Source of the DNA: Vermamoeba vermiformis
Lineage: Eukaryota
Direction of reading: 5' to 3'
Length of the DNA stretch: 64,000 nt
Assembly (NCBI GenBank): GCA_045837725.1
Contig: JBEWZL010000101.1
Location: forward strand, 434,001 to 498,000
A program made the position numbers and the translations under genes. The notes beneath the pieces are model-generated. The model made no database searches. It was not told where the DNA came from and saw only the letters and a list, made by a program, of their open reading frames with translations. Every line of letters begins with the position of its first letter. Position 1 is the first letter of the stretch. Below, piece by piece: positions 1-14,016 of the stretch.

Positions 1-346
<346 letters not shown>

Positions 347-551
347 TTAAAAGCAACAATAAATCAAATGTAACATACCGATAGTATTGTTATTTGTCTG
401 ATTTGAATATTTGTCCCTGTTGTGGGACGTGGCCGATTTTTGTTTGGCGAAAAACTCGAGAATTTAAGAGACTTACCTGCGCTGATTTCTTAAATTAGTT
501 TTTCATAACAATCGTTGATAATACAACCGATTATTTGATTAGCCATTATAA

Positions 552-2743
552 ATGGAGCAACTTAAAGATCAGATCAGAGAGCAAGGAGAGGCTTTGCGAA
601 AACTCAAAGCTAATAATCCAGAATGGCATACAGATAAGAAAATCTTAGAGCATATTTGGAATTTATTGAATTTGAAGAGCAAAGACCCAGCTTTGAACGA
701 AGAAGTCTTTGGAACTGACAAGGTAAAATAAATTTAAAATCTCAGTTCAGAAAATATTTAATTAAATTTAAAGACCGGCAATATGATAAATATATTAAAT
801 TAAATCGTGGCAGCATAAATTTAATATTTTTTTGCATTATTTTAGCCAGCGAAGCAAATCAAGATCCGTTGGTACGTCGTAGACGACAAGAAAAACAAAA
901 TTCGCTATCAAAATGTATTCAAAAACCGTACTTTTGTCACGGGCAAAGAAGTAATCGCTTCAATCAACAACTATATGCACTCCCTCGTCCAACGAAAGAA
1001 AGACCAACTTCCAAAGCACGTGACGGGAGATTTCGTTAAAATCGAACACGTGTCCAGACCCGTCGCTAAGGCGGCAAAGGTCTTGCGCTCAATTACAGAA
1101 GAAGACATGTTCAGATTGCCTGCAGTCTTCCCTGGTCCTACGTTACAGCCTGAAACAGTCATAGAGTTTAAGGTCACTTTCCCTGGCCCTGCTTATCACT
1201 TGACCACGCCTGAAGCATATAACCTTCATAGACCCGAGATCGTTGACGCAGGTACGTAATGACGGCAATACTTGATATTTCTGAAGCTCGATCTGATCCG
1301 TGTAAATGTAGGTGTTAACTTGTTCGAGAAAGTGTTGTACAAGAACGTCGATGCAGTCATTGCACGATCATTTGCAGCTGGTGTATCTCAGAGTGTACTG
1401 ATTTCAATTGACGCTCAAACTAGTGCCACGTCAGTCGAGATCTGCAAGAAACATTTGCAAAGCTTGTACGCAACGGCTGGTGTCCATCCTTTGTATATTG
1501 GCAATGCTCCAGTAGCTCGCGGAGACGAAGAGGAGAAGAAACAGATTGAAGAGGATGAGAAGGCCCTGCAGTCCGCGCAACCTGAGGGTGCTGAAGCCAA
1601 CCCGAAGGCCGAAGAAAGTAACAATAGCAACGAGAAGCCTAAAGAGAAGGACTTGAAGACTGAATTGAACGCCATCACAGCTCTCATTAAGCACAATCCC
1701 GAGTATGTCGTCGCTGTCGGTGAGATTGGCTTGGACTTTAAGGACAACTTGGCACTTGGTAAGTTGAATTCAGATACTTTTACGCTCGTAAGCAGGGATT
1801 GACGAGCTATATAATAGAGTTGAGAGAGACGCAAAAAGTGTGGTTCGAAGAGCAACTCAAGTTAGCCGCTGAGTTGAAGTTGCCCGTGTTAATTCACGAG
1901 CGTGAAGCTTTCAGAGAAACGATTGACATCCTCCGAAAGTACAGATCTCAGTTACCAACCGTCGTGATTAACTGCTTCACTGGCTCGCAAGAGGAAATGG
2001 TTGCGTACAATGAACTTGACGTGTACTTTGTCGTCACTGGCATTGTTGCAAACACCGTGCGTGCAGCACATCTTAAAGACGTCGTCAAGAACATGCCTAT
2101 CAAGAAGATCGTACGTCATATTGACTATTACTAAGAGTTACATACTAACCACGAGGTCGTGTAGTTGCTTGGTAGCGATGCCCCGTACTTGACCCCGTTC
2201 AACATGCCCAAGCCATTCCCTCGTCGAAATGAGCCTGGCTTCTTGCCTCACGTGCTCGTGGCTGTTGCTGAAGCCTGTGGCCAATCACTTGAAAGCATGG
2301 CAGCTATTACAACTGAGGTACATTGAACGCAAGTTCGGATCTCAAAACAGATTTTAACAATGATTTTGCAGAACTCTCGCCAAGCGTTCAATATGGCTCG
2401 TACAGCTTACAATGGTGTGTTGAGAGCTAAGCCAGAAATTGTTCATTTGGAAGTACAAAAGCTTGAAGACGAGAAGTTGCGTGCGGCCGAAGAAAACAAG
2501 CTTAAATCGAAGAAAAAGAAAGTTAAGACCGTTCAAATTCAATTGAAAGAGGGCCAAGAAGTGTTTGAGTTTGAAGGCAAGAAGTACATTGTCAGCCAAA
2601 AAGAGAAAAGCGTGCTTGAAAAACAAGCGAAGATCTTGGCCTCGGATATGTTGATGCAGTTAATTAAGGACTTTGAAGCTCCTCAAGTGCCTGACAATGC
2701 AGTGGTAGTGCCTGCTAAGAACGCAGTTGCGGCAAAAAAATAA
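552..2743 (+). CDS. TatD-family DNase with N-terminal WHEP-like extension and C-terminal Lys-rich tail (multi-exon)
   Basis: Motifs [52 protein letters not shown]; exon 1 reads [20 protein letters not shown]... Confidence 0.85.
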
Positions 2744-2959
2744 TGGGAAAAGCTTCAGGTACCGTGTTTTTTGTACAAAATAAATTCGACTTTTAATCTT
2801 TTAATTTGCTTTCTAATCGTGCAATACAACTATCATGATATTGTACAATTGCAAATAACAATATTATTCTGCAACGCTGAACCTGTAACGTACGTGTCAT
2901 CGACGTGAGACTCATCCGCAACCGAAGTTGATTTTAACGTTGCTTGGCTGACAATTATA

Positions 2960-4706
2960 ATGGTAAAAAATAGTATTAAATATGACAAATTTTCCTTCAT
3001 TAATTCGCTCTTTTTGAAATAAATACTAAATAATATTTTAGGATCGGCTTCCAATCGAAATAATTAAGCTCTGCTTATCATTTTTGGATGATAAAACAGC
3101 GAGAGTGGCGCGAGTGGCGTCTATTAATTGGTTCACATGGATAAAATACTCCAACTTTAACATCCATTTTGCTCGAGCGGATACACTTCCCCTAATTATT
3201 GACAGATTATCAACCTATCAATATCCGATCAAATTAACACTTACTAAAGCAATCAACTTGTCATTTAAAGAGATAATCACCAATATCACCAAATTAACGC
3301 AACTCAAAGCGTTCAAATTGATCCCGCAGGGCGACAGTAGCCGTTTCGTACCGTCTATATATTGCGACGGACTGGCAGTGCTAAGCAATTTAGAAGAGCT
3401 AGATTTTGGCGAATACATATTTCCTCCAGATCTTTTGCCACTTTTTCCCAAGATGCGCAAAACGAAACACGCCGAATTTAATGACGACCCACTTAACGCA
3501 GACGAAGTACTCAAAACATGTACTCAACTCGAGTATTTATCCTATTTGTGCCCAGATTCGAATCTACTTCAAGGAATTAATTCATTAAAAGAACTCAATC
3601 TTAATGGTTCGCTATTGGCGAACGTTGAGTGGATCCAATTTTCGAGATTGACGAACCTGAAAGTACTTACAACATCACCTGATTACGAGCATAATATTGA
3701 CGTTACATACATGACGTGGCTTGAAGAATTGGCTGCAGGAACCCCGCACATTACCGGATTAGAAAATTGCAAGAATTTGACAAGTTTATCCATATCAAGC
3801 GCAACAGGAACAGAACTGCCAGAATTAATAGCACCACCAAATATGGAAAAATTTTCTCTTAGCATGGGGGATTGCACAAACGTGTCACTTGGAAATTTCA
3901 GCCATTTAACGAGCTTGACATCTGTTGAACTTCACTGTCAGTCTGTTTTATTGGAGACACTTGGCACTTCATTACAGCAATTAAGCTTAACAGTCAAAGT
4001 ATACAATCTTGAAAATATGAATCATTTGATCAATTTGACGCAGATGAAGATTTTACGAAATGAAGAGGTGCGGGAATTTCAACCAATTAACAATCTCACA
4101 AATTTAGTTGACTTGACAATAGAAAATGATAGTGAAGTTTATCACGTGGCAGGGGCACGCCCCTACGTGTCTTTACCAAATTTGGAAAATCTTACAAGAA
4201 TTGAGCTAGCTCTAGTAAAAATAGATGTGAAGACACTACAGCACCTGACAAAATTAAAACAAGTTAAAATCTCACATTCAGAGTTTGACCAAGAACAATG
4301 GCAGAGCTTGCATCATTTACAAAATTTAACCGAATTATTCTTGGAAGAAAACGAAGTTGATTTTGAATACGATTACAATGTGATCAATGGAATGCCATTA
4401 AAAGTACTCAACATAACTGTTCCTCGAAAATTAAATGAATGGAAGGTCAGTACTACGCTAACAACACTTGAGAACCTTTCCATTAGTTTAGCTGCCGAAG
4501 ACGATCTTTTGACATTGACAGCACTCAAAAACTTGACCAACTTGACAGTGAATGGACACTCGAATATGACTGGCGTGCACTTAACGAGTTTGACGAATTT
4601 GCAAAATGCAAGTCTTGAGTTTAAATCTTGTTATGATGTGGCTGATCTGACTTCGAAACTGACCCGACTATTTCATTTCGAAGATGATTTTGGTAAATTC
4701 TTATAA
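2960..4706 (+). CDS. F-box/leucine-rich-repeat protein
   Basis: ATG at 2960 followed directly by intron 2963-3041 gives MDRLPIEIIKLCLSFLDDK (F-box), then many LxxLxxLxL repeats. Confidence 0.85.
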
Positions 4707-4744
4707 TAAAGAGATTTTTTATTTAAATAATCAAAGTTAATTAA

Positions 4745-6709
4745 TTACATTTCAACATGTTCTCCCTCCTCATGTGTTTGTTCGATTATAACAGGCAATT
4801 CATCGGCTATGTAAATATTTTGTTTAAAATAACAAATTATATTAATATAATTATAGATAATTACCTGGAGCCTCAATTCGATGTTTTGAAAGTTCCATTT
4901 GGCAATAAAGTGCGCCACCAAGTTCAATAACGCAAATTATAAAAATCGTTCGCAGATCAAACGCATCGCTCTAAAAGAAGAACGGTAATTAACATCAATA
5001 ATATAATTAATAGTATGGAACTTACGAAGATCAGGGTGAAGACAACGATTAAATTTAAAGGCACGCGATAAAAGCTCATAATCGCAGCACGACTGTCTGC
5101 AGGGATGTATTTTCCGCGCAATGTTCCTAATGTCGGGAAATACAATCCAACAGCCGTTTCAAATGTTAAGAAGCCTAACAATATTAACTCGCCAGCGCTG
5201 GTTCCCTGTTTTAATTTTTTAAAGTTAGATCCGTTTTTAAATTTCATTATAATTAATTATTAAGGGTCGTTTATGCTTACCGCAAATAAAACAGGCAACA
5301 TCATTGAACCAATTGCGGCAATAATTAAAATTTGACCGATGCGTTCTTCGGTGTTTTTAGGCTTTAAAATTCCGAACAAAGAACTGCCGAGCATAATGCA
5401 AGTCATAAAGGCTGCAAATACCAAGCCGTGGAGAGCTGAATTTTCCGCACGGAATTCCTAGTAAAATGAAATTAAGAAAATAATTCGTTTGCGATCCGGA
5501 TCTTGCGATCTCGTTGACTTACCTCAGCGCTTGCTGATAGAGTAGGCGTCCACATAAACACAAAGGTGTACATGGCTGCTTCAAATAGTGATTGGATTAA
5601 ACCGACTAACATCACTTTTCTGTCTTTTTTGACTTCCTCAAATGCGTGTTGGAACGTCTTCATCACCTCCAATTGCGCGTCTCCATAATTTTCATTCCAG
5701 TTGTTATTGATCAAGTAGGTAATAGCCAGCAAGCACATCATAGCTAACATAAAAGGTGCAACATAGCCTATGCACAAACGTTAGAATATTGACTAAAAGG
5801 TGCGTGCTCGAAGCGGATCCGTACCGAACTGAGTGGCCAATGCAGATGCGATCAAACCAGCTACAATTGCTGCAAGACCATTGCCGAATGTAGCAGTGCT
5901 AAAAGTATCACCGAGCCATTCGTCAGGGAAATTTCGCTAAAAATAGTTAGTGACATCCGCCTTAGATCTTCAATTACAAGACTCACTCGCTTATGTTCAG
6001 TGACCATCCAAGCTTCAAATACTGAATACAATAATGACGTAGAGATACCGGCAAGAATTCGAGCTACAAAGTAAAGATCAGAAACGATCCGAATTTTATC
6101 GCGGTCAAAATCTTACCAATTAATAAAATATTGAAGCTATTCACGATTTTTAATAAGCAAGATAAAGAATAGATTATTCCGAAAGCCATGCACATTCTCT
6201 TTCGTCCACTAAAGCAAAAAATTAGAAACAAAATTGGATGCGCTATGATAGGCGTACTATTTATCAGCGAATGCTCCAGTCACAGTTCCAAATACGAGAC
6301 TAGCACCAAATCCAATAATAAAGAGCGTGGCAATCTCAGATCGAGAGTAACCATAAGACTCATACAAGGCGTACGTGTAGGGACCTTGCAGCCAATCCGA
6401 AACTTAAATAATAATATGTAAATTAATAAGATATATGGGATCACGTTACTATAAGCATTTTAAAGTATTACGAATCCAGATGTATTTCATGAAAATTAAA
6501 ATAATAATTAGGCGGCCTTTGGATTTGCAAATAAATGACTTACACATTACGGCCCAATATACAATAAAATAATTTTGCTGAAATGCTTTAAATTCGGCAT
6601 TAGAACTGCTTGGTTTGTTTTGCGAGGCTGATCCTTGTCTTAAATAATATTGTATGCCAACATTAGCAGCTACAATCACTATAAATATAAGCCAAAAGAA
6701 CGCGTACAT
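4745..6709 (-). CDS. MFSD5: Molybdate-anion transporter (MFSD5/MOT2 family MFS)
   Basis: FKAFQQNYFIVY, DWLQGPYTYALYESYG, LIQSLFEAAMYTFVFMWTP, GLYFPTLGTLRGKYIP..SRAAIMSFYRVPLN. Confidence 0.92.
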
Positions 6710-6853
6710 GTTGGCAACGTCCTTTCGCTTTAAATCAAAAATAGTTCGGTCGACGTAGATCTTTTTTCTGGTTTTATTTGCCGCCAAATTTCAGTCACTA
6801 TTTTTGAATTTTTCTAAAGCACCACTGCTCAGCAAACTAATAATATAAGAATT

Positions 6854-9156
6854 ATGGAAGCTGCAGTTGTCAAAAATACATTATCTATATTTGATATTGA
6901 CGAATCTGAATTACTGGCCAAATTAGAACGAGCAGAAAAAAAGGAAAATATTGCCCCGAAGAATAATAATGCATTAATAGCATCAACAGGTTCGTAAAAA
7001 TTCACTCAACTGATATTTAATTCAATAACGGTCAGATCTGTTTCCCGGATTAATTAGTACAGGACGATTAGTCTTATTAATACTGATTTTAGGTGCTGCT
7101 AATAAAAAAAGGAAATTTGATAGCATTTCACAAGACGAAACGAATAGCACAGCGATAAGTAAGAAAATAAAGCAAAATAAATTTGGAGCACTATTGCTTA
7201 TCTCCTTTAATATTATATAGAGCCTTTGGAAGTAGTTCCAGATAATTTTACACGCAGAATAGTTGAAGCACGAAACAAAAAGTTGTTACAAGCCAAGCAA
7301 AAACAGATCGTAAGATCAACAGACTTCTTCGAGCCTTTAAATGCCCAAGGTATTCTAACAATTATAGAAAAATACTATATGAATATTATTGTATCCTTTA
7401 TTTCGTTATAGAAGCGACTCATCAAGCTAAGAAGCGAAGAACTTTGGATGAGCCAGCGACAACTGAGGAAGAAATCGAAGAGTATTCGCAATTACGATTA
7501 AAGTACGTGCTTATTAAGAATTTTAACTATATTTATATTAATTGGTTCATAGGGAGCGCAAGATTAGCGGATCCGATCTGAAAACTTGTTTGAACGGCAG
7601 AAAATTCATGAAACTCGGTAGTTTATCGGCCATTTATTCAAGAGCCCTCGATCAACGTCAAGATATGGTACTAACATCTTATTATATATTATTAAATGCT
7701 TACACGTTTCTAGGACGATGTTATAACTTCAGACTGGATCACGATCGGAGTTGTAATTACAATTTCCGAGACTAAGAAGGCTAAGAATAAGTCTGACTTT
7801 TGTATTATGAAACTGAACGATTTGATGGGTCACGAGGCCTCGGTGTTTTTGTTCAGCGAGTCTTTCAAACACCACAAAAATTTGCGGCCTGGTACTGTTG
7901 TTGGCATTTTGAATCCGTCATTTTTAACTGCAAAAGAGGTGCGTATATATGATAATTGTCATCGTTATATTTATATCTCTTATTGGACTCTCCGTCGCTT
8001 CAATAGTTGTCGGGATCTTGGGATGCAGATCTCATCGAAACGTTTCATCTTCTATTTTAATAGTAATAGCCCTAATATTTAATTATTTCCTAGAAACAAG
8101 GATTTGCACTTAAATTAGGGGATGAATATAACCGACTGGCAGTTATTGGCACGAGCGAAGATTTGGCGTACTGTCCCGAAATGACTGCTAAAGGAAAAGC
8201 TTGCGGCACTGTATATAACAAGTACGATACTATAATATTATTATAATAATCGCTCATTATTTTAATTTGGTCCATTTTTGCAGATCTACTTCGAATCGCT
8301 GCGACTTCCATTTGCAAGAAGCTTTCAACAAAGAGCGATCGACGCGCATGGAATTTAATGACCTGTATTCCACGCCATTACCAAAGGCAGAACGTGAAAG
8401 GCATCGTCAGGCCCATATGAATTTATCTAAGGGCACTTTCGAGATCGGAAACATGCAGGTCGGAATTGACGTGCCTGAAGAAATCAAAGCCAAGAACGCG
8501 CCGTCAAAGAGCAAATTGCACAAAGAATCTAAAGAAGTGTATGTAATATTACCATATTATAATATCGCTGAAACGCTATTTAGGAACGAGGCCTTGGAAA
8601 CTACTCAAGCCGGATCTCGGTACATTAAAAAGGTTTTGGGCATTCCAACTGATGGTAAACAAAATGATGCGGTTATAATCATTACTATAACACAATTATT
8701 TTAGATGAAATTCAACGAGAAAGGGACAAAGAAAAACGACGTGGTGTCAAACCGTAAGATCCGGATGTGGCTCCTTCTTTCTTTAACAAGCAGGACTAAT
8801 ATTTTAATCGTATAGAACTGTTAAGAAGGTCGAAGATAGTCATAATGATGATGAAATGTCGCTTGAAGAGGAGTCAGATAGCGATGACGAGTTAGTTATT
8901 GTCTACGACGAAGAGCCTAGCGCTGCTGAACAAACATCGGATGTGAAAGCAGAAATAAGCACGAATAATATCATAAAGGAAGAGAAACAAGAACCTATTG
9001 AAGATGTTAAAGTCGCTTATCAATGCACTGAGGTAAGATCCAGATCCATGAATTTTATTCTTATTTAACGCTAATATTTCTGTTTTAAAGTGCCAACAAA
9101 CTTCAGATAAATTATGCAATAAGATCGGACATCACATTATTATTGTACGTGCGTAA
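6854..9156 (+). CDS. MCM10: DNA replication factor MCM10 (3' end uncertain)
   Basis: EEYSQLRLKERKIS, DWITIGVV, FCIMKLNDL, VFLF..GTVVGILNP (OB fold), IGTSEDLAYC..C..CDFH zinc finger, C-terminal CTEC..C...H. Confidence 0.88.
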
Positions 9157-9241
9157 TTAAAAACATGTATGAATACACAATTTAAATTTCGAACCGAGAA
9201 CGACATCACTATTTAACGGGTTTTACGTAAACAATATAGTT

Positions 9242-9420
9242 TTATTTTTGTATTTCCATACAGTATGAGTGAATCAAGTACGGCAATTTTGATTCAAGAT
9301 CTTGGAGTGCGGTTTTTAAGGTAGATCCGCCACGATTGAAGCTAATGTACTGAAGGGACGTTAACATAGTTAAATAGCTTCCGTTAAAACTAGATGGTGC
9401 GTTATTTATCTCGTATCCAC
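9242..9420 (-). pseudogene. 3' remnant of an LRR gene
   Basis: NGSYLTMLTSLQYISF...DLESKLPYL resembles the C-terminus of the 2960-4706 protein (TGVHLTSLTNLQNASL...DLTSKLTRL); no upstream exons found before the duplicated BTB segment. Confidence 0.5.
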
Positions 9421-9519
9421 GATATAATTCATTAGGAATTGTTGGGCACTTGAGATGAGTGATCATTAAATTTGACTGAAAAATAAAACAAAAACAACGA
9501 CAGACATTCATTTTTGGGA

Positions 9520-12500
9520 TAGATTCGAAACTGTAACCAAACACTAGCTCTAATTAGAATGTAATTCACAACTGCTTGTCAAATTATTGAAAGGTACGTT
9601 ATTTAAGAGGAACCTTGCTAAAACCACAAATTAAATAATTAGTAGAAAAATACAAAGTATTAATCGCTGTATAGCATTGCGCATGTTATATTTTTTTCTC
9701 ATTTATAGTAATATTTTTAGCGAGGTGCACCAACGGAAGATCTCCCTTGATCGGGTCTGGATGCGACGATCCGGTTGTTGCTTCGGCCTTAGCGCTTTGC
9801 ACATGAGCATGCAAAAATAGTAGTCGCAAATAAAATTGAGCGCTTGTTCATTTGGCTTTTGGTTTACACACGAACAAATGACCACAACAGAAATAACAAC
9901 AAACGAACTCGCACCCTTGGTAATATCTCCGCTGTACTCAGGTAACGTTACCTATAAGCTATTGTTTTTGATTGACGAGCGAGTACTGATCAATTGGTTG
10001 GTTAGATTGCACGATCCGAGTGCCGTTGGACGACAGATCCGGTTTTCAAGATTTCAAGTTGCATCTCTGCATGCTCTATGAAAGCCCTTATTTCGAAGGG
10101 GTAATGTTTAATATATAATAATACTAAACGAAGCTAATTATTCTATTTGCAGATGCTACCGAATCCGAAAAAAGTGCGGAACGTTCCCACGCTCAAATCG
10201 CACTTTGAGATAATACTGCGGTATATTTATAATAAGAAGCAGGTCGTATATAATGAAAACAATATTTTGGATCTAATTACTGAGGGCTACCGCTTCTCGT
10301 TGACTGGTTTCGTGGAGCAGCTTTGGTCTGCATTTGCACAAACTGCGTCTGCAAAAATGGTCCTCGAAGCGCTTAAGCGAATAGAAAATCACGTTGAATT
10401 TTCAAAAAAATGGGGCCTATCGCAGTTAAAAGTGTAAGCTTAGCAACTTCATTTTTTTAGATCCTCGATTCTAAAACTGTTTTCGTTGCGGATAGGGCAG
10501 CGCAGCGCCATATTTTAAGCTTAATCGATTCGTTGGGAGAGCTAAACAACCTGGAGACAATACGATTCTTAAGTCAGGTCTGCGCACACAACCAGAATCC
10601 GGATGTGATCTTGGCCAAACTGAACCAATGGGGCGCAGATAAGTGCAAAGATCATGTAAGCGCTAGTGATATCTTCATTATCGTTTTAAGAGGCTCTAAC
10701 TGATAACTACTTCTTTCAGGTCAGACAGATGCGCTCCGAATTTCTGACTTATCTTAACGAGGAGCAACGGCCTGCCGTTCCTCAAATGTTAGACGGTCAT
10801 TTGACGCAAAGAATTTCTGCTTCGAGATTTGGTGCGGATAACGCGGGGTTGTCAGACCGCAACGCACAAGAACTTTCTGCTATGGTTCTTGTACCTTGTA
10901 CTCTCAACGCTACTAAGAAATTCCGCGGTCGGCAAGTACAGCACGCTATGTACGTCACATTGCTTCATACTAAATGACATCTTAAGAGCTTTACAAATCC
11001 AGTCTATATCACCGTTGGTTGTTGAATACACAACAACTAGATGTGATTGGCACACGAAAATACTTCGATTATGGGACAAAGAAGGCATGTTTTACATCTC
11101 GAAGACGCTTGACAGTATGGATTATGTTCCTACTTAATCATAATTGATTGATTGACTTTGTTTGACCAGAAAGAGACTGCACGCACGTTACTTTTGACAT
11201 TCAGAACACGCTTGAATGGACAAAAGACAACCAACTGCGATTTGAATTCATTTGGTTTGATGCTGAAATCGAAACGAATCTTGTCAGACCTACCACGACA
11301 AATCTGCCTCAGCAACAACCTCCGTCTTTTAGTTACCCAAAAAACCGTGAAAAACTTTCAGGTATCATTGTTCAGTTCGTTTGACATCGTTGGACTAATA
11401 AGACGTAGCAGATTTTACGGTTGAATGCGAGGATGAAGGTGGTCTGGTCATTTACAAGTTACACAAATTCATCCTGCAGAAGTCGCCGCACTTTCAGAGG
11501 GTAAGACAAAAAGTTTAATCTGATATATAAGGTCTCAATATGTTAATAACGTGTTTGCAGATATTCTCGTTATCGACTTTCATCGAATCCAAAAGCAACA
11601 AAGTCACAATCGAAACTCCGAAACACTTGTTCGAGGTCATCTTGCGATACCTGTACAATCAAGAGCCACTTGCTGGCATCTCCAGCATCATCATGGATGT
11701 CATATCAGAGGCGTCATACTTCGAATTGAACGACTTTGAGAACGATTTGTGGGGTTTGTTCGAGAAAGAAGCGGATGTAACTAACTGCATCAAAGCGATC
11801 AACTTGATGCAGTCGAACATGGTATTTGCACTTCGTCGGCCAAATATACTGAGGTAAATTAACGTTAGCTCAACTAATCAATCGTTAATTTAAACTTAGA
11901 GCTGTGGCACGGAAAATTAAAGCCGTATTAAGGGAAATTTCACAAGTGCTTCATTGGGATTCAGTGCGCATGATTCTTTGTCACGAAAGTACTAAGAAGC
12001 AAAATCCTGTTCTCGTTCTTGAAAGTGTTGTCCGCTGGTCACAAGTTCATGAACCAAAGGTATGATCATTTAACACCAGATAGCGCAGTCTAACAGCATC
12101 AACAGAATGGTGAAAATAGAGTCATCGAAATTTTTGGTGCCGTGTTCAGGCAAATGAAATTCCGACCGATGATAGAAAAGGAACTCAAAGCTAAATTTCC
12201 GTTCTTAACGGGAATTAAAGGCGAGGCTGAGTTTATTGTAATTGACAAATATTTGATGACAGAAGGAAAAAAGATTACAATTGGATTCATGTAAGATAGT
12301 TGCTTAAGTACGAATATTTGGTAACATTGATATTCTAAGGGAGTTGCAGATATTAAACACAAGTAAGCTCACTTTCTCGGTCGGAAAAGGTGAATTGCGA
12401 CTCTACGATCAACTATCGTATCATCACTTGGTAGTTCAAAACGGTACGGTGATTCTGTAAATACCTTAGGTTACAATTTGATTTGAATACTTTACCGAAC

Positions 12501-12854
12501 CAAGTCTAATACTTGTTCAAGGTACCATTTTGAGGCAAGCAATAGAAAATATTGAGGAATGGAAGTACGACGGATATTATCGCGTTGGACTAGCATCTTG
12601 GGAAGAATAGACAAGTGTACTGCCACGACCGATTTGTTGTAGAGCAGAAAATAAAACAAGCTTAATGAATACAAACACTCTCCTTGGTTTATCGACGGAA
12701 TAATTGTAAGCGAAACTTAACCTCCAGTTTTAAGCTGTAATTTGTTCTTAAACGACTATTTTTAATAAAAAGTTGAGCTTTTATAAGGTTCGTACATATT
12801 TAGAGCGAGTTTCGGGGGTGCTTTTGTTAGCTCGAGGTGCTTTTCAATTTCTTG
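9520..12854 (+). repeat. Arm 1 of ~3.3 kb inverted duplication (partner 21579-25020)
   Basis: Long near-identical reverse-complement matches, e.g. 10147-10437 vs 24080-24370 and 12740-12854 vs 21579-21700. Confidence 0.95.
9878..12703 (+). CDS. Tandem double BTB/POZ-domain protein, copy 1
   Basis: BTB1 YSDCTIRV..FKLHLCMLYESPYFEGM..HFEIILRYIY; BTB2 LSDFTVEC..YKLHKFILQKSPHFQR..LFEVILRYLY; the exons inspected join in phase. Confidence 0.8.
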
Positions 12855-13135
12855 ATCCGATTCATTAAGTGCTAACTACGGGTAGGGTGTAAATTTGACG
12901 CGTTTCAAAGAGAAGTCCAACTTGGTCTAATTTATACGCTGACAACTCTTTCGCCATTAAGAAAATCCAGTGATGGAATCACAGATTCTCTTTCGTATTT
13001 TTTCAAACGTCAAGAAATGCGACGACAGTCCTGTCACACTTCGCGAAATTGCCAGAAGACGGTTGTGTATTAATACGATACAAATGACTAGTAATAACAT
13101 TAGTACATTGATACCATATCATATCAGCAACACAA

Positions 13136-13636
13136 ATGCCAAAAGAGTGCATCATCAAAAAGCGATTGTTGGCAGCATCTAGCGCGGCTTTGGCGTTGGT
13201 CGTCTTAGGGATTGGCTTCGCTGCTACTGGCTATAAAGTACTAGGCCAAATATATTCACCTCATGGATCTCCAGATAACTCATCAGAATGGAGCAGCTTC
13301 GCCGTCATAATTTCTTTCTGCTGGCAGATCTTGTTTACCGGTAGCATTACGCTTCTCATTATAACCTACTTAGTACTGCTAGCCGGACCTCTATTAGGTG
13401 TCATCTCTGCATTCGGCAACGAACCCAAAGTGCGTCTTGCAGCACGGATTTTGTGCGGATTTGGTTTGGTGATCTGCCTTTGCGACGTGATTTTCAACAG
13501 CTTTTTGCTCTACCCTCGCCCTGGTCCAGTTATAGGATTCCTAGTAGTACTTACTCGTATGCTGGCATTCGTACCCGTCGTGATTTTGCGTACCCCGAAA
13601 AAAGAAGCATCGGTCCCTGAATATGAAATAGTGTAA
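13136..13636 (+). CDS. Small multi-pass (about 4 TM) membrane protein, unknown function
   Basis: Intronless 166-aa ATG ORF with four hydrophobic segments and a C-terminal YEIV. Confidence 0.65.
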   Translation: MPKECIIKKRLLAASSAALALVVLGIGFAATGYKVLGQIYSPHGSPDNSSEWSSFAVIISFCWQILFTGSITLLIITYLVLLAGPLLGVISAFGNEPKVRLAARILCGFGLVICLCDVIFNSFLLYPRPGPVIGFLVVLTRMLAFVPVVILRTPKKEASVPEYEIV

Positions 13637-14016
13637 ATATTAACATGAAAAAAGCAAATAGCTTGAAAGTAATATTCTTTCGATTTTTTGGACGTTAAAT
13701 AAATAACTTTTGAAAATTGTGAATCTAGTTTAGTAATTCGTATCTACTGAGCTCATTTACCTATGAAATATTCACTAGCAACTATAAGCCTAGAAGGCTT
13801 TGCTCGGGTTTAATTTAACTTGAGTCTCGATATTTGTTGGCCTGGTGTTGAGACTTATCCATTGTTCAGCATTGATGGAGTATTTGTTATGATAAGAAGA
13901 ATACTCGTGACTTGTTGTATCGCTGCAAAAATATTAACGTGTTTTTGGTTCGGTTGCGCCTTTTCATTTTGCGGTTATTTTTACTCGATCCAAACTACTC
14001 AGTACCTCACATCAAA

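Noticed and set aside
2833-3054. Minus-strand ORF with a signal-peptide-like segment
   Set aside because: Overlaps the first exon and AT-rich intron of the F-box/LRR gene; no further support
9703-9885. Short antisense ORF conserved in both duplicate arms (also 24630-24812)
   Set aside because: Non-ATG start; conservation is explained by the recent duplication
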